DNA from: the human T2T-CHM13v2.0 reference genome, Homo sapiens
Assembly (NCBI RefSeq): GCF_009914755.1
Contig: NC_060927.1
Direction: 5' to 3' (one strand)
Length of the DNA: 64,000 nucleotides
Translations under genes and position numbers: made by a program
Notes under the pieces: model-generated
The model's input: only the letters and a program-made list of their open reading frames with translations
What the model was told of the DNA's origin: nothing
Database searches by the model: none
In this document: one piece after another, positions 15,960 through 35,440 of the stretch
How the letters are laid out: the number at the start of each line of letters is the position of its first letter
How positions within the stretch are numbered: position 1 is the first letter of the stretch

Positions 15960-17379
15960 CATGTCGGCAAAGCCTGAGTTCTGTCCCCTCGCTTCCCCAC
16001 CCCACTGCCCCCGGACAGCGTGAGCTTCACCACTCGTTCCACCTTCTCCTCCAACTGCCAGTCCGTGGGCTCTGTCCAGGGGCCCAGCTACTGGCATCCA
16101 GCCAGTCAGCAGTGCAGCCAGCATCTATGCAGGCGCCGGAGGGCAGGGGGTGGCTCTGGTTCCCGGATCACCGTGTCCTGCTCCACCAGCTTCCAGGGTG
16201 GCATGGGGTCCGGGGACCTGGCCGCAGGGACGGCCAGGGGTCTGGCAGAAATGGGAGGCATCCAGAGCGGGAAGGAGACCACGCAAAGCCTGAACGACTG
16301 CCTGGCCTCCTACCTGGACAAAGTGAAGAGCCTGGAGACCGTGAACTGGAGGCTGGAGAGCAAAATCCCCTGAAGGGACCCCAGGTCAGAGACTGGGCCA
16401 TTACTTCAAGACCATCAAAGACCTGAGGGCTCAGGTCTTCTCAAATACTGTGGACAATGCCCGCATTGTTCTGCAGATTGACAATGCCTGTCTTGCTGCT
16501 GATGACTTTAGAGTCAAGTATGAGACAGAACTGGCCATGTGCCAGTCTTTGGAGAATGACATTCATGGGCTCTTCAAGGTCATTGATGACACCAATGTCA
16601 CTCGGCTGCAGCTGGAGACAGAGATCGAGGCTCTCAAGAAGGAACTGCTCTTCATGAAGAAGAACCATGAAGAGGAAGTAAAAGGCCTACAAGTCCAGAT
16701 TGCCAGCTCTGGGTTGACCGTGGAGGTAGATGCCCCCAAATCTCAGGACCTTGCCAAGATCATGGCAGACATCCAGGCCCAATATGACGAGCTGGCTCGG
16801 AAGAACTGAGAGGAGCTGGACAAGTACTGGTCTCAGCAGATTGAGGAGAGCACCACAGTGGACACCACACAGTCCGCCGAGGTTGGAGCTGCTGAGATGC
16901 CACTCACGGAGCTGAGACATGCAGTCCAGTCCTTGGAGATTGACCTGGACTCCATGAGAAATGTGAAGGCCAGCCTGGAGAACAGCCTGAGGGAGGTGGA
17001 GGCCCGCTACACCCTGCAGATAGAGCAGCTCAACGGGATCCTGCTGCACCTGGAGTCAGAGCTGGCACTGACCCAGGCAGAGGGACAGCACCAGGCCCAG
17101 GAGTACAAGGCCCTGCTGAACATCAAGGTCAAGCTGGAGGCTGAGATCGCCAGCTACCATCGCCTGTTGGAAGATGGCGAGGACTTCAATCTTGGTGATG
17201 CCCTGGACAGCAGCAACTCCATGCAAACCATCCAAAAGACCACCACCTGCCGGAGAGTGGATGGCAAAGTGGTGTCTGAGACCAACGACACCAAAGTTCT
17301 GAGACATTAAGCCAGCAGAAGCAGGGTACCCTTTGGGGATCAGGAGGCCAATAAAAAGTTCAGAGGTCATTGGGAAAAA
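15960..17379 (+). pseudogene. KRT18P: Keratin 18 processed pseudogene (copy number not determinable from sequence)
   Basis: Intronless full KRT18 mRNA copy (SFTTRSTFS...LNDCLASYLDKV...[11 protein letters not shown]...GDALDSSNSMQTIQKT...KVLRH*). ATG>GTG at 16020; indels in the head domain; deletion and stop at 16371; CGA>TGA at 16807; native TAA 17308-17310; AATAAA 17350; short poly(A). TSD AAAGTACTATCTCACTA (15943-15959) / AAAGTATTATCTCGCTA (17380-17396) at a TT/AGAA site. Confidence 0.97.
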
Positions 17380-18019
17380 AAAGTATTATCTCGCTAACAA
17401 AGCTAAATATAATGAACTATACGTTAATATTTTGCCTATATTTTTCATGTGCTTTAAAATATTTAACTTTAATATTGAAATGCATTTCAGCAGAAATATA
17501 AAGTTGGGCTCTAATTTTGTTTTCAAATGTCTACTCAGTTGTCCCAACATTTCATATTGGTAAATTCATTGTACATTCCCTTACCTGGATTGCTTTCTGT
17601 TTTTCATTTACTACTTGTATGTGCTTGGGTTCAACTGTATACTTTCTAGTCTGTTCTACTCTTTGTTTCAATGTTTTAATACCTGTAGTTCTAGATTACA
17701 TGTTAACATCTGATAGGATAATCTATCCCAGCTGTGATTTTTTTAAAGTTTTTTTTTTTTTTCCCCTGTTTTCACATGTTTATATGTTTCTTCTTCAAGT
17801 AGAGCTTTATAATTTTTTTCACAGTCACAGCTGGTGCCTCCTTTCCTTTGTTAGATTATATTGGATTTTTATATAACACATAGATTAATTTTGGGAAAAT
17901 CATTTTATACTACCCTAGTTCCTAAGAGGGAAACTTTTCAGCTATTTCTTTGTCTCAGGTTATGTCTTAGTATTCATTCTTAAGCTCCTCAAGGTCTTTC
18001 CCAGTCTAAAATGCTATGA

Positions 18020-18285
18020 AGGTTGGATACAGTGGCTCATGCCTGTAACCCCAGCACTTTGGGAGGCCAAAGTCAGAGGATTGCTTGAGGCCAGGAGTTT
18101 GAGACCACACTGAGCAACGTAGCGAGACCATGTCTCTACAGAAAATTTAAAAATGAGCCAGGTGTGGCGGTGCATGACTGTAGTCCCAGACACTTGGGAG
18201 GCTGAGGCAGGAGGATTGCCTGGGCGACAGAGTGAGACTGTGTCCATCTCAAAAAAAAAAAAAAGAATAAAAACTAAGAAAACAA
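18020..18285 (+). mobile_element. AluJ-like with a right-arm deletion of about 55 nt
   Basis: GAGGATTGC joined directly to CTGGGCGACAG. Confidence 0.88.
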
Positions 18286-18809
18286 AATGCTATGAGTTTT
18301 ACAATGCAAGTTAATAATACATATCTTGTGTATTGTCATAAAAATGTGTTAAATATTTACCGTGTGCCAGAATCTGTGTCTAGCCCTTAGAATATAGTGG
18401 TAAATAGCACCTTTCTATGTTTATTTAAACAAATGATCAATTATAGGAATTAAGACATGTAAAGAAAAATATGCTTAAAAATATATTAAATTATAGTAGG
18501 AAAAACTCAAGTTTTCAAATTTGAGGTGAAATTCAAGAGGCATTTATTCCTTGTAGGCATTTGGTCCTTTATTCACCCCATAGAGAGGGTTAAATCTAAA
18601 ATTTGACAGGAAAATACCATTTGTTTGTTTGTTTTTGCTAAGATTTATGAGTAGCACTGTTTCTAGGAAGGTGCCCGTACTTTTCCTTAGATGAGCACTC
18701 TACCATTTAAAGGGTTTTCACGTTCATTATCTCAGTTGATAATAAACCAGTCCCAGGTTATGGGGAATCCCTCCTTTCTTTCATTTCCATTTCTACTTGA
18801 GCCATGATT

Positions 18810-18880
18810 TGAGGAAACAGTTCTTAAATAACACATGAATGAGTCAACCACACCCTTGTGGAGTTCAGTGTGAAACAAAT
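18810..18880. promoter_or_regulatory. Candidate enhancer core (AP-1/RUNX/KLF composite)
   Basis: TGAGTCA 18840-18846 overlaps AACCACA 18846-18852 and CCACACCC 18848-18855, in apparently unique sequence. Confidence 0.3.
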
Positions 18881-19029
18881 GCCATCCGATTGCTTGTCCA
18901 TCCTCTGTACACACCCATGAGATTCATGGTGCCAGCCTAGTAATATGTCCCTTTCATGGGAAAGTAGAATATTCATTGTCTTAGAGTTCAACTGAAGATG
19001 ACAATCTACTGTAGCTGGTTGAAGCCGCA

Positions 19030-19535
19030 AGGGATTTATTATGCATCATTAGTTGGCTTCCAAAATTTTTGGTAGGGTTGGAGGAGCAGGCTCTAGGCTG
19101 AGCTTCCAGGAGCACCTACTGGAATCATACCATGGAACTGGCCTGCCATCAGAAGGAAGACGAGGAAGCAGGATCTACTCTCATGTCTGCTGGGTCCTGG
19201 ATGTCCATTGTCCCCATTGCGAGTCATGATATCACATGGCTGCCCCCTGACTTGCCTCTCAACACCACGAAGCGAGGAATGGGACGCTGGGATTTCAGTT
19301 TTCTGTGGACTGCCACAGAAAAAGAAGTACCTTCTTGGCTATGTCTGCCAGCAGGAACAAAGAGGCATCCAAAGCATGTCCTTTGGGCCATGGCATTGTC
19401 TTTTTCCTTCTAAGTCTAGGATGGGTGTGTCTGCTGAAGCTACATCATTGTGTGGAACCTGAGCTGTGGTCCAGCTTTCCAGCCTCTAGTGAGCAGTAAG
19501 GCACACTGCAAGGGGAATGTGGCAGAGGTGAGTGG
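19030..19535 (-). mobile_element. MLT1-family (ERVL-MaLR) LTR fossil
   Basis: GGATTTATTA...GGCTCTAGGCTGAGCTTCCAGG...CTGCAAGGGG motifs of old MLT1 LTRs. Confidence 0.5.
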
Positions 19536-20573
19536 ATCCACATGGAGTATTTACTACATCCACTTCATTGGATTCTACCTGGATCACTGTGTTGGAGGTG
19601 GAAGGCCATCTGTGATTTGTGGTGCTTCTAAAACATTCTAAGGACGTGCCCTATTTCAGTTAAGACACACATTTGATTTCTAGCTATGCAACCTTTACAA
19701 CTGACCTGATACTTCCTGAACTTCCATCTGTAATAATGAGAAAGATAATGACGATGTCACATGTTAGTAGAAGATAAAGTGAGCAAAAATACACCGAAGC
19801 TCTGTCTCAGAGGAAAATATTAGCTTATTTCTTGGGTTACTGTAGGCTTATTTCTTCCCTTTTTTAATCAGCCGGTCTAAATATTGTACATTAATTCCCC
19901 CTGGACTGGGCTGTATTTGGAATGAGTGGTCATATCAGCTTCTAGTGAGTTTTCACACACTCAGCAATGAGCGGGAACATAGAATTTAGCCTCTCTGGTA
20001 CATACTAGGGTTAGGATTAGGATCATACTTGTAACTAAAGAAAGCTTAAAAGCTATATTAAAAACCACAGAGCAGGGCAGTTCCAAAATAGCCGAATAGG
20101 AACAGCTCCAATCTACAGCTCCCAGTGTGAACGATGCAGAAGACAGATGATTTCTGCATTTCCAACTGAGATTGGAAGACAGTAGCGGTTCTCTCAGCAC
20201 GCAGCTTGAGATCTGAGAACGGACAGACTGCCTCTTCAAGTGGGTCCCTGACCCCTGAGTAGCCTAACTGGGAGGCACCCCCCAGTAGGGGCAGACTGAC
20301 ACCTCACACGGCTGGGTACCCCTCTGAGACAAAACTTCAAGAGGAACAATCAGGCAGCAACGTTTGCTGTTCACCAATATTCGCTGTTCTGCAGCCTCCG
20401 CTGCTGATACCCAGGCAAACGGTCTGGAGTGGACCTCCGGCAAACTCCAACAGACCTGCAGCTGAGGGTCCTGACTGTTAGAAGGAAAACTAACAAACAG
20501 AAAGGACATCCACACCAAAACCCCATCTGTACGTCACCATCATCAAAGACCAAAGGTAGATAAAACCACAAAG

Positions 20574-21591
20574 ATGGGGAAAAAAACGAGCAGAAAAACT
20601 GAAAATTCTAAAAATCAGAGCGCCTCTCCTCCTCCAAAGGAACGCAGCTCCTCACCAGCAACAGAACAAAGCTGGGCCGAGAATGGCTTTGACGAGTTGA
20701 GAGAAGAAGGCTTCAGACAATCAAACTTCTCCGAGCTAAAGGAGGAAGTTCGAACCCATGGTAAGGAAGTTAAAAACCTTGAAAAAAGATTAGACGAATG
20801 GCTAACTAGAATAACCAATGCAGAGAAGTCCTTAAAGGACCTCATGGAGCTGAAAACCACGGCACGAGAACTACGTGACGAATGCACAAGCCTCAGTAGC
20901 CAATTCGATCAACCGGAAGAAAGGGTATCAGTGATGGAAGATCAAATGAATGAAATAAAGCGAGAAGAGAAGTTTAGAGAAAAAAGAATAAAAGGAAACG
21001 AACAAAGCCTCCAAGAAATATGGGACTATGTGAAAAGACCAAATCTATGTCTGATTGGTGTACCTGAAAGTGACAAGGAGAATGCAACCAAGTTGGAAAA
21101 CACTCTGCAGGATATTATCCAGGAGAACTTCCCCAATCTAGCAAGGCAGGCCAACATTCAAATTCAGGAAATACAGAGAACTCCACAAAGATACTCCTTG
21201 AGAAGAGCAACTCCAAGACACATAATTGTCAGATTCACCAAAGTTGAAATGAAGGAAAAAATGTTAAGGGCAGCCAGAGAGAAAGGTCGGGTTACCCACG
21301 AGGGGAAGCCCATCAGACTAACAGCTGCTCTCTCAGCAGAAACTCTACAAGCCAGAAGAGAGTGGGGGTCAATATTCAAAATTCTTAAAGAAAAGAATTT
21401 TTAACCCAGAATTTCATGTCCAGCCAACTAAGTAAGCTTCGTAAGTGAAGGAGAAATAAAATCCTTTACAGACAAGCAAATGCTGAGCGATTTTGTCACC
21501 ACTAGGCCTGCCCTACAAGAGCTCCTGAAGGAAGCACTAAACGTGGAAAGGAAACCCGTACCAGCCACTGCAAAAACATGCCAAATTGTAA
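20574..21591 (+). pseudogene. L1 ORF1p, disrupted
   Basis: MGKKTSRKTENSKNQSASPPPKERSSSP...; premature TAA 21402-21404; TAAG duplication near 21430; native stop about 21589-21591. Confidence 0.95.
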
Positions 21592-21654
21592 AGACCATCG
21601 AGGCTAGGAAGAAACTGCATCAAGTAACAAGCAAAATAACCAGTTAACATCATA

Positions 21655-25470
<3,816 letters not shown>

Positions 25471-26864
25471 ACAGTGAGAACACTTGGACACAGGAGGGGG
25501 AACATCACACCCCGGGGCCTGTTGTGGGGTAGGGGGAGCAGGGAGGGATAGCATTAGGGGACATACCCAATGTAAATGATGAGTTAATGGATGCAGCACA
25601 CCAACATGGCACATGTATACATATGTAACAAACCTGCACGTTGTGCACATGTACCCTAGAACTTAAAGTATAAAAAAAAAAAAAAATACAGAGACCTGCT
25701 TATTTGGACTTTGAACATGACGAGTTCATTTAGTCTATGTAAATGATTAGTAGAATGATCTAGACACCATCATGAGTGATTCCAGCTTTGTAGGTAGAGT
25801 GGGAAGATTCCATTGATTTATGTTCCTATAGACTTTATTGAAAGAAGTCCTAAAAAGCTATGGGGTGGTCAGTTTTCCAGAAGTCTGAGTTTAATGACCT
25901 GTGTTGGAAAACATGCAAAGCTCTGATCTCATTCCTTATCTTGCCTTGCCCTTTCCTTCATCTATTCAAAATTATAACAGGTGCCGCTTTCTGGGGGGAG
26001 AATAGGGATCTTTATTGTGTGTTTATAACCTGCCTTGTTTCCAGAAAGGGCTTCAGGTAGGACAGAAATCTTTAAATTTAGGTTTTAAAGGATGCAACAA
26101 GAAATCTACATCAATCAATAATTGAAAAGCATCAAATATCACTTTGTTTGAAGCACTAAACACTGAGCAGGCTTGAAGGGATATTCTCAGATAAGTCACT
26201 TTAGAGACAGAAAGCAGTTATGTTGCCTGACACTGTTCACAGCAGTCTCAGAGTAAACAATATTGAGGACTTGTCAGCTAATCTCCCTTCAACTTTAGTT
26301 TTAGAGGGGAGAAATGTCTGTGTGCTTTGAAGCTCTGACCTTCTTCTGTTCTCAGGGAATTTCCTCAGGGAGAGAGATGTTTGAAGAGATCTGTAACAGG
26401 TATATTTAATATTCTACTAGCTTATACTTTGGAAATTATGTCTAAGATTCCTTTTAATTGTGACATGAATATTGAGCAGTTTTCATTTTCATTCACTTTT
26501 CACATCATGAACTAATGTTCATACCTCCCTGGGAAGCTAATGTCAGATTTTTAAACTTCCTTTTATGTGATTAGGTTGCTTTTGTGAAAGGTGGAAGACC
26601 AAAGCTCAGTTAACTAGGTCACTGGTTACTACCAGGCTAGTTTAGCGGCTAGCCTGTGGAACAAGAACTCAGGTGGGAGCTGACGCTTTTGTTTCCAATC
26701 TCCCAAGGTATGAAAAAGGTCAGTCCACAAGAGTTAGGTTGCAGATTTACATAGCTGAGAAGTGGGGAGATGTCTTCTGCATGCCCCTAGAACTAAGATT
26801 CCTTCTTTGTTTCACTAAAACTTTTTTGTGTAAAATATCATACAGTACTAAAACCCATATACAA

Positions 26865-27311
<447 letters not shown>

Positions 27312-27373
27312 TAAATCATGATCGAACAAGTAACCATATGCAGCCACTGAGGTTAAGAAATAGAACATTACCA

Positions 27374-28131
27374 CCATTGTGAAAGTCAGTGTGGTGATTC
27401 CTCAGGGATCTAGAACTGGAAATACCATTTGACCCAGCCATCCCATTACTGGGTATATACCCAAAGGAGTATAAATCATGCTACTATAAAGACACATGCA
27501 CACATATGTTTATTGCAGCACTATTCACAATAGCAAAGACTTGGAACCAACCCAAATGTCCAACAATGATAGACTGGATTAAGAAAATGTGGCACATAGA
27601 CACCGTGGAATACTATGCAGCCATAAAAAATGATGAGTTCATGTCCTTTGTAGGGACATGGATGAAGCTGTAAATCATCATTCTCAGTAAACTATCGCAA
27701 GGACAAAAAACCAAACACCACATGTTCTCACTCATAGGTGGGAATTGAACAGTGAGAACACTTGGACACAGGAAGGGGAACGTCACACCCCGGGGCCTGT
27801 TGTGGGGTGGGGGGAGCGGGGAGGGATAGCATTAGGAGATATACCTGATGTAAATGACGAGTTAATGGGTGCAGCACACCGGCATGGCACATGTATACAT
27901 ATGTAACTAACCTGCACGTTGTGCACATGTACCCTAAAACTTAAAGTATAATAATAATAAAATAATAATAACATTACCCACACCCCAGAAACCATCCTTA
28001 AATGCTCTCTTAGACATTATTTTTCCAAATTCCCCAAAGGTCACTACTACTATCCTAACTTCTGCTAAAATGATTGATTTTGCCTAATTTTATTTTTATG
28101 TAAATAAAATCATACAGAAAAAAAAGTAAAA
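27374..28131 (+). mobile_element. 5'-truncated L1PA (about L1PA4) with 3' transduction
   Basis: L1 ORF2 end and 3'UTR 27374-27950; A-rich tail; 146-nt non-L1PA segment with AATAAA; second A-tail; perfect 19-bp TSD AAGAAATAGAACATTACCA at 27355-27373 and 28132-28150. Confidence 0.92.
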
Positions 28132-28140
28132 AAGAAATAG

Positions 28141-28502
<362 letters not shown>

Positions 28503-28504
28503 GC

Positions 28505-30000
28505 ATTCTGTATTCTATAAAGTTCAAAATTTTCCATATATTGTTTACCTTGTCTCATTTTGCACCTTACAGAATATGGAATCACATGGGATTTCCTTCT
28601 CTGACTTGCTTCCTCCATTCATCATTGAGTGTTTTTTCCATATTGACATAGGTAGCTGTTGTTCCATAACTTTTAAAGTTTTACCATATTTTATTTTATG
28701 AACGTACCATAATTTGCCCCTTCTAGGTTGATGGCCTCCTGTATTGCCATCTTTTGAACTGATTAAATTTTCCTGTTTGTGTTTCTCATTCTCTTTCTTC
28801 TGTTTGTTTGGAAGCTATGCTGTATTCTTTTAGTAGATCTTTAGCTGTCTTAACATGCATACTTAGTCTATTATACAGGCTAAAATTAAACAGTATTTTT
28901 ATCCTGCTCCTAAACAAATACAAAGACCTCAGAACTCTAAATCAGGTAAAATTCTTCATAATTTATCGTATTTTCTTGTTGTTTAGTGTTAGCTACTTTT
29001 CCACCTACAAATTAGGCATTCTAGTTGTTTTACATAGTCAACAATTTAGCTTTACTCACAACCCACATAGTTGCCTGATGTCTTTCTTTGCTCATTGTTC
29101 CTTCTTACACCTCACACCTATTTTTGTCAGGAAATCTTTTTCTTCCTCATTCTTGAAAGATAATTATACAAGTTATAGAATTCTAACTTGGCAGTTATTT
29201 TTGTCTCAGTGCATTTGAAAGTATCATTCTTCTATCTTACTGGTCTCCATGGTTGTTGTCGATGTTGGCAGTCAAAATTGCAGATTGCCATTCTTTTTTT
29301 AAATTTAGCTACTTTAGCTTTAAAAATTTTTTGTCTTTGTATACAGCAACTTCATTATGATATGTCTAGCTAAGGTTTTCTTTTTATTTATCCTTGGGTT
29401 TGGTTGAGATTCTTAGATCTAATTACTACTCTTTCAACAAATAATGGAAAATTATCAGCCATTATCTCATAAAACATTGGGAATATTGTCTTTCCCATTT
29501 TATTTCATCTACTTCTAAAACTCTAATTAAATGTGTGTTAGATCCTTAGACTCTATCTTCCATGTCTTTTAAACTGATAATTTTCAACTCTGGGTTCCTG
29601 GGCTGCATTTTAGTTATTTATATAACTTCAATTTTATTAATTCTTTTTTTTAGCTGTTTAATCTATCATTGGATTTTGAATTTCAATTCTCTTACATTTC
29701 TAGAAATTCTTGAACTTTTCCAGATCTACTGTGTTCTTTATGGCCTACATAGACTCAGACCCAACCCAAATGAGAGAATATGTGGGGCTATAAATTGAAA
29801 GGGACATCTTTTCACCCTCCACTCATTGCCAAGATTGAGATACTCAAGTTAATTTGCTGCTCCCTCTGGACACTGAGTTAATTTCTTGTCCATCCTCACA
29901 TTGAAGGGATGGCCTTTTAAGATCCCAGCTTTACATGGGTGGTTTCCTGTTAGACTTTCACCTTAAATGGGCCCTTTGCTTTGTCTCCCACCACCCTGTA
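28505..30000 (-). mobile_element. Very old L1M remnants
   Basis: Degenerate antisense L1ME/MC motifs (TTCTTGAAAGATAATT, GGAAAATTATCAGCCATTATCTC). Confidence 0.55.
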
Positions 30001-30015
30001 CCTAGATGAAAGCTT

Positions 30016-30211
30016 GACAAAGGATTTGGGTAGATATTTCTCCAAAGATATACAGACAGCCAATAAGCACATGAAAAGTTGCTAAACATCATTAGTCTTT
30101 AGAGAAATACAATCCAAAATCACAATGAGATACCATTTCACACCTATAAGGATGGGTATAATTAAAAAGACAGTAACAAGTATTGGCAAGGGTGTGGAGA
30201 AATTGGAACAA

Positions 30212-30250
<39 letters not shown>

Positions 30251-30957
30251 TGCCCAGGCTGGTCTCAAACTCCTGGGCTCAAGTGATTTGCCCATCTCAG
30301 CCTCCTAAAGTGCTGGGATTACAGATGTGAGCCACTGTGCCCAGCTAAAACATTTTTAAACATGTTGCTGAGCTGGCATGAAAAGAAAGTATCCCAAGAT
30401 ATGTGTATGTATGTGTACACACACACACACACATATATATATACATACACACACATGCTTTCTCAAGGTCATAAATGTTCATCGCAGCATTATTCATAAT
30501 AGGCAAAAGGTAGAAACAAGTCAATTGCCCACTAACTGATGAATGAATGGATAAACAGAATACCCGTACAATGGAAACTTATTTGGCAATAAAAAGAAAT
30601 AAAATATTGATACATGCTATAGTATTGATGACCCTTGAAAACATTATGCTAAGTGAAAGAAGTCAGACACAAAAGGCCATGTATTGTCAAATTCCATTTA
30701 TGGGAAATGTCCAGAATAGGCACATGCATAGAAACAGCAAGTAGGTGAGTGCGTTAGTGCGTGCTGGGAGAGGGAGGAATGGAGAGCTATTGCTGATAGA
30801 TATGGAGTTTCTTTTGGGGATGATAAAAATGTTCTGAAATCGGATAGTTGTGGTAGTTACATACCTCTTTGAATAGTCTAAAAATTACTGAATTCTACAC
30901 TTTAAACGGTGAATTTTATGATGTATGCATTATATCTTGAAGTGGTTTAAAAAAAAG
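30016..30957 (+). mobile_element. L1MB-like 3' fragment interrupted by a complex insertion at about 30211-30470
   Basis: CAATAAGCACATGAAAAG...GAAAACATTATGCTAAGTGAAAGAAGTCAGAC; possible TSD AGATGAAAGCTT / AGCTGGAAGCTT. Confidence 0.85.
30251..30399 (-). repeat. 149-bp inverted local copy of 31060-31208 (Alu 5' end plus non-Alu flank)
   Basis: Reverse-complement match with 7 mismatches in 149 nt by manual alignment. Confidence 0.95.
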
Positions 30958-31102
30958 CTGGAAGCTTAAGAGTCCTCAAGGTTTAACAAACTCTCAGGGT
31001 GGAAACTGGTTTTGGCATTTGATGACTCCCAGGATTCTTGTTTTATTTAATTTTTGGCTTCTTGGGATATTTTCTTTTCATGCCAGCTCAGCAACATGTT
31101 TA

Positions 31103-31408
<306 letters not shown>

Positions 31409-31479
31409 TTACCCATACTTGTTTCATTTGGGAGGATACCCAGTCTGTCACAGTGCTAGAAATTGAAGTCAGAATTCCT

Positions 31480-32090
31480 TTAATTTTTTATTTTAAAAAA
31501 GTTCAAGGCGCTAAGAAAAGTTGTAAGGACAGTATAGTGACCTTCCTCATACTTTCACTGTAATTTCTGAAATGTAAATATCCTGCTTCATCCTTCCTCC
31601 TTCCTGTCTGTCTGCTTCATATTTTATGGAACCAATTGAGAGTAGGTTGCAGACATCACACTCCTAAATACCCTAGCTATTCCAGCATGCATCTCTAAAG
31701 GACAAAAGTATTCTCCTGCATAACCACAGTGTAACTATCATTCTCAAATTTTACCAAATTGTCCTAATAATGTTCCTTATATTCTTTTTCCCTGTCCAAG
31801 ATAGAGCACAAGATCACATATTACATATAGTCATCATGTCTTCTTTAGTGTCCTTTAGTCTAGAATACTCAGTCTTTGTCTTTCATGACCTTGACAATTT
31901 TGAAGAATCCAAGTGAGCTGTTTGGGGAATGCTCTGCAAATTATGTGTGTGTGGTGTTTCCTCATGAGTAGATTCAGGTTATGTGTTGTTGGCAGAAATC
32001 CCACTGAAGTGATGTTTGTCCTTCTTAGTACCATACATCAAGGGGCTTGGGATGTCAGTGTATATTGTGATTAGTGAATAAAACTATAAT
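31480..32090 (-). mobile_element. L1MC-like 3'UTR
   Basis: GAGAGTAGGTTGCAGACATCA and TTCCTCATGAGTAGATTCAGGTTATG motifs. Confidence 0.65.
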
Positions 32091-32093
32091 CAC

Positions 32094-34626
<2,533 letters not shown>

Positions 34627-34989
34627 TATTCTCCAGGGAGTGGGACTGCATTTGAGGGTGATGAGAGTTTGCGGGAACTGTGTTGTGTTGTCCAAACTCA
34701 AAGGACTCTATTACCCGAAGTTATGTTACTTGTTCCAATGAAGTCTTTATTTTGGAGAGGCCTGTGGACCAGAAATGATACTGGGCCCCAGACCAGTTGT
34801 GTTGGCCTATACAGTGTTGAAAATCAGAATTAGTTGCCAGTAAGTAAATATCAGATATTATAAGAAAATCTAGATTTCCATGATCTCTTGGAAAATTGGA
34901 CAAATGCACAATACTGAGCCCATAGTTCCTCATGGCAGTAATCCTTTGGAGCCAAGAAGTGGCTGCCCTCTGCATGTAAGAGTGTTGGT

Positions 34990-35440
34990 CAAGATGCATG
35001 TTTGACTGTTGTGACAAAGACCAAAACAAGTGGCTTAAACAAGGTGGAAACTTGTTTTTCTGTCATGACAGTCAAAGCACTAATTGCCCAGGGCAGACAT
35101 GATAGCTCCGTGGTGTCAGAGACGCTGCCCACTTCTGTCGGTTTTCCCTGTTCTCTGCAGTGGGTTCCATCTTCTGATCCAAGATACTGCTTCATTTCCC
35201 ACCATCCTGTCTGCTCCAGCCTTCAGTAGGATGGAGAAGTAGAGGATCCCTTTCTTCAAGATCCAACCTGGAAGTTACATGTATCATTTCCTCTGGCATC
35301 CTGTTGGTCAGAATGTACAGCATGGCCACATCTGACTGCAGATGAAGCTGGGGAAATGTGGTCCTCATCTACGTGGCCATGTGAATAGTTAAAACCCACT
35401 TCTTACTAAAGGCAGAATGTGAGAGCGGATGGTATGGACA
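34990..35440 (-). mobile_element. MLT1-family LTR fossil
   Basis: AAGTGGCTTAAACAAG...CATGGCCACATCTGACTGCAG...GGGAAATGTGGTC. Confidence 0.6.

Noticed and set aside
15926-17370. Alternative-frame and antisense ORFs over the keratin pseudogene
   Set aside because: Shadow ORFs of GC-rich keratin codons.
15960-17379. Assigning a KRT18P number and host gene (from memory, KRT18P15 in CMTM8 intron 1 is one possibility)
   Set aside because: No host exon is in the window and there are dozens of KRT18 pseudogenes. It needs a BLAT search.
19132-19499. Overlapping ORFs suggesting an exon
   Set aside because: The sequence resembles an MLT1 LTR fossil and the peptides are not recognisable.
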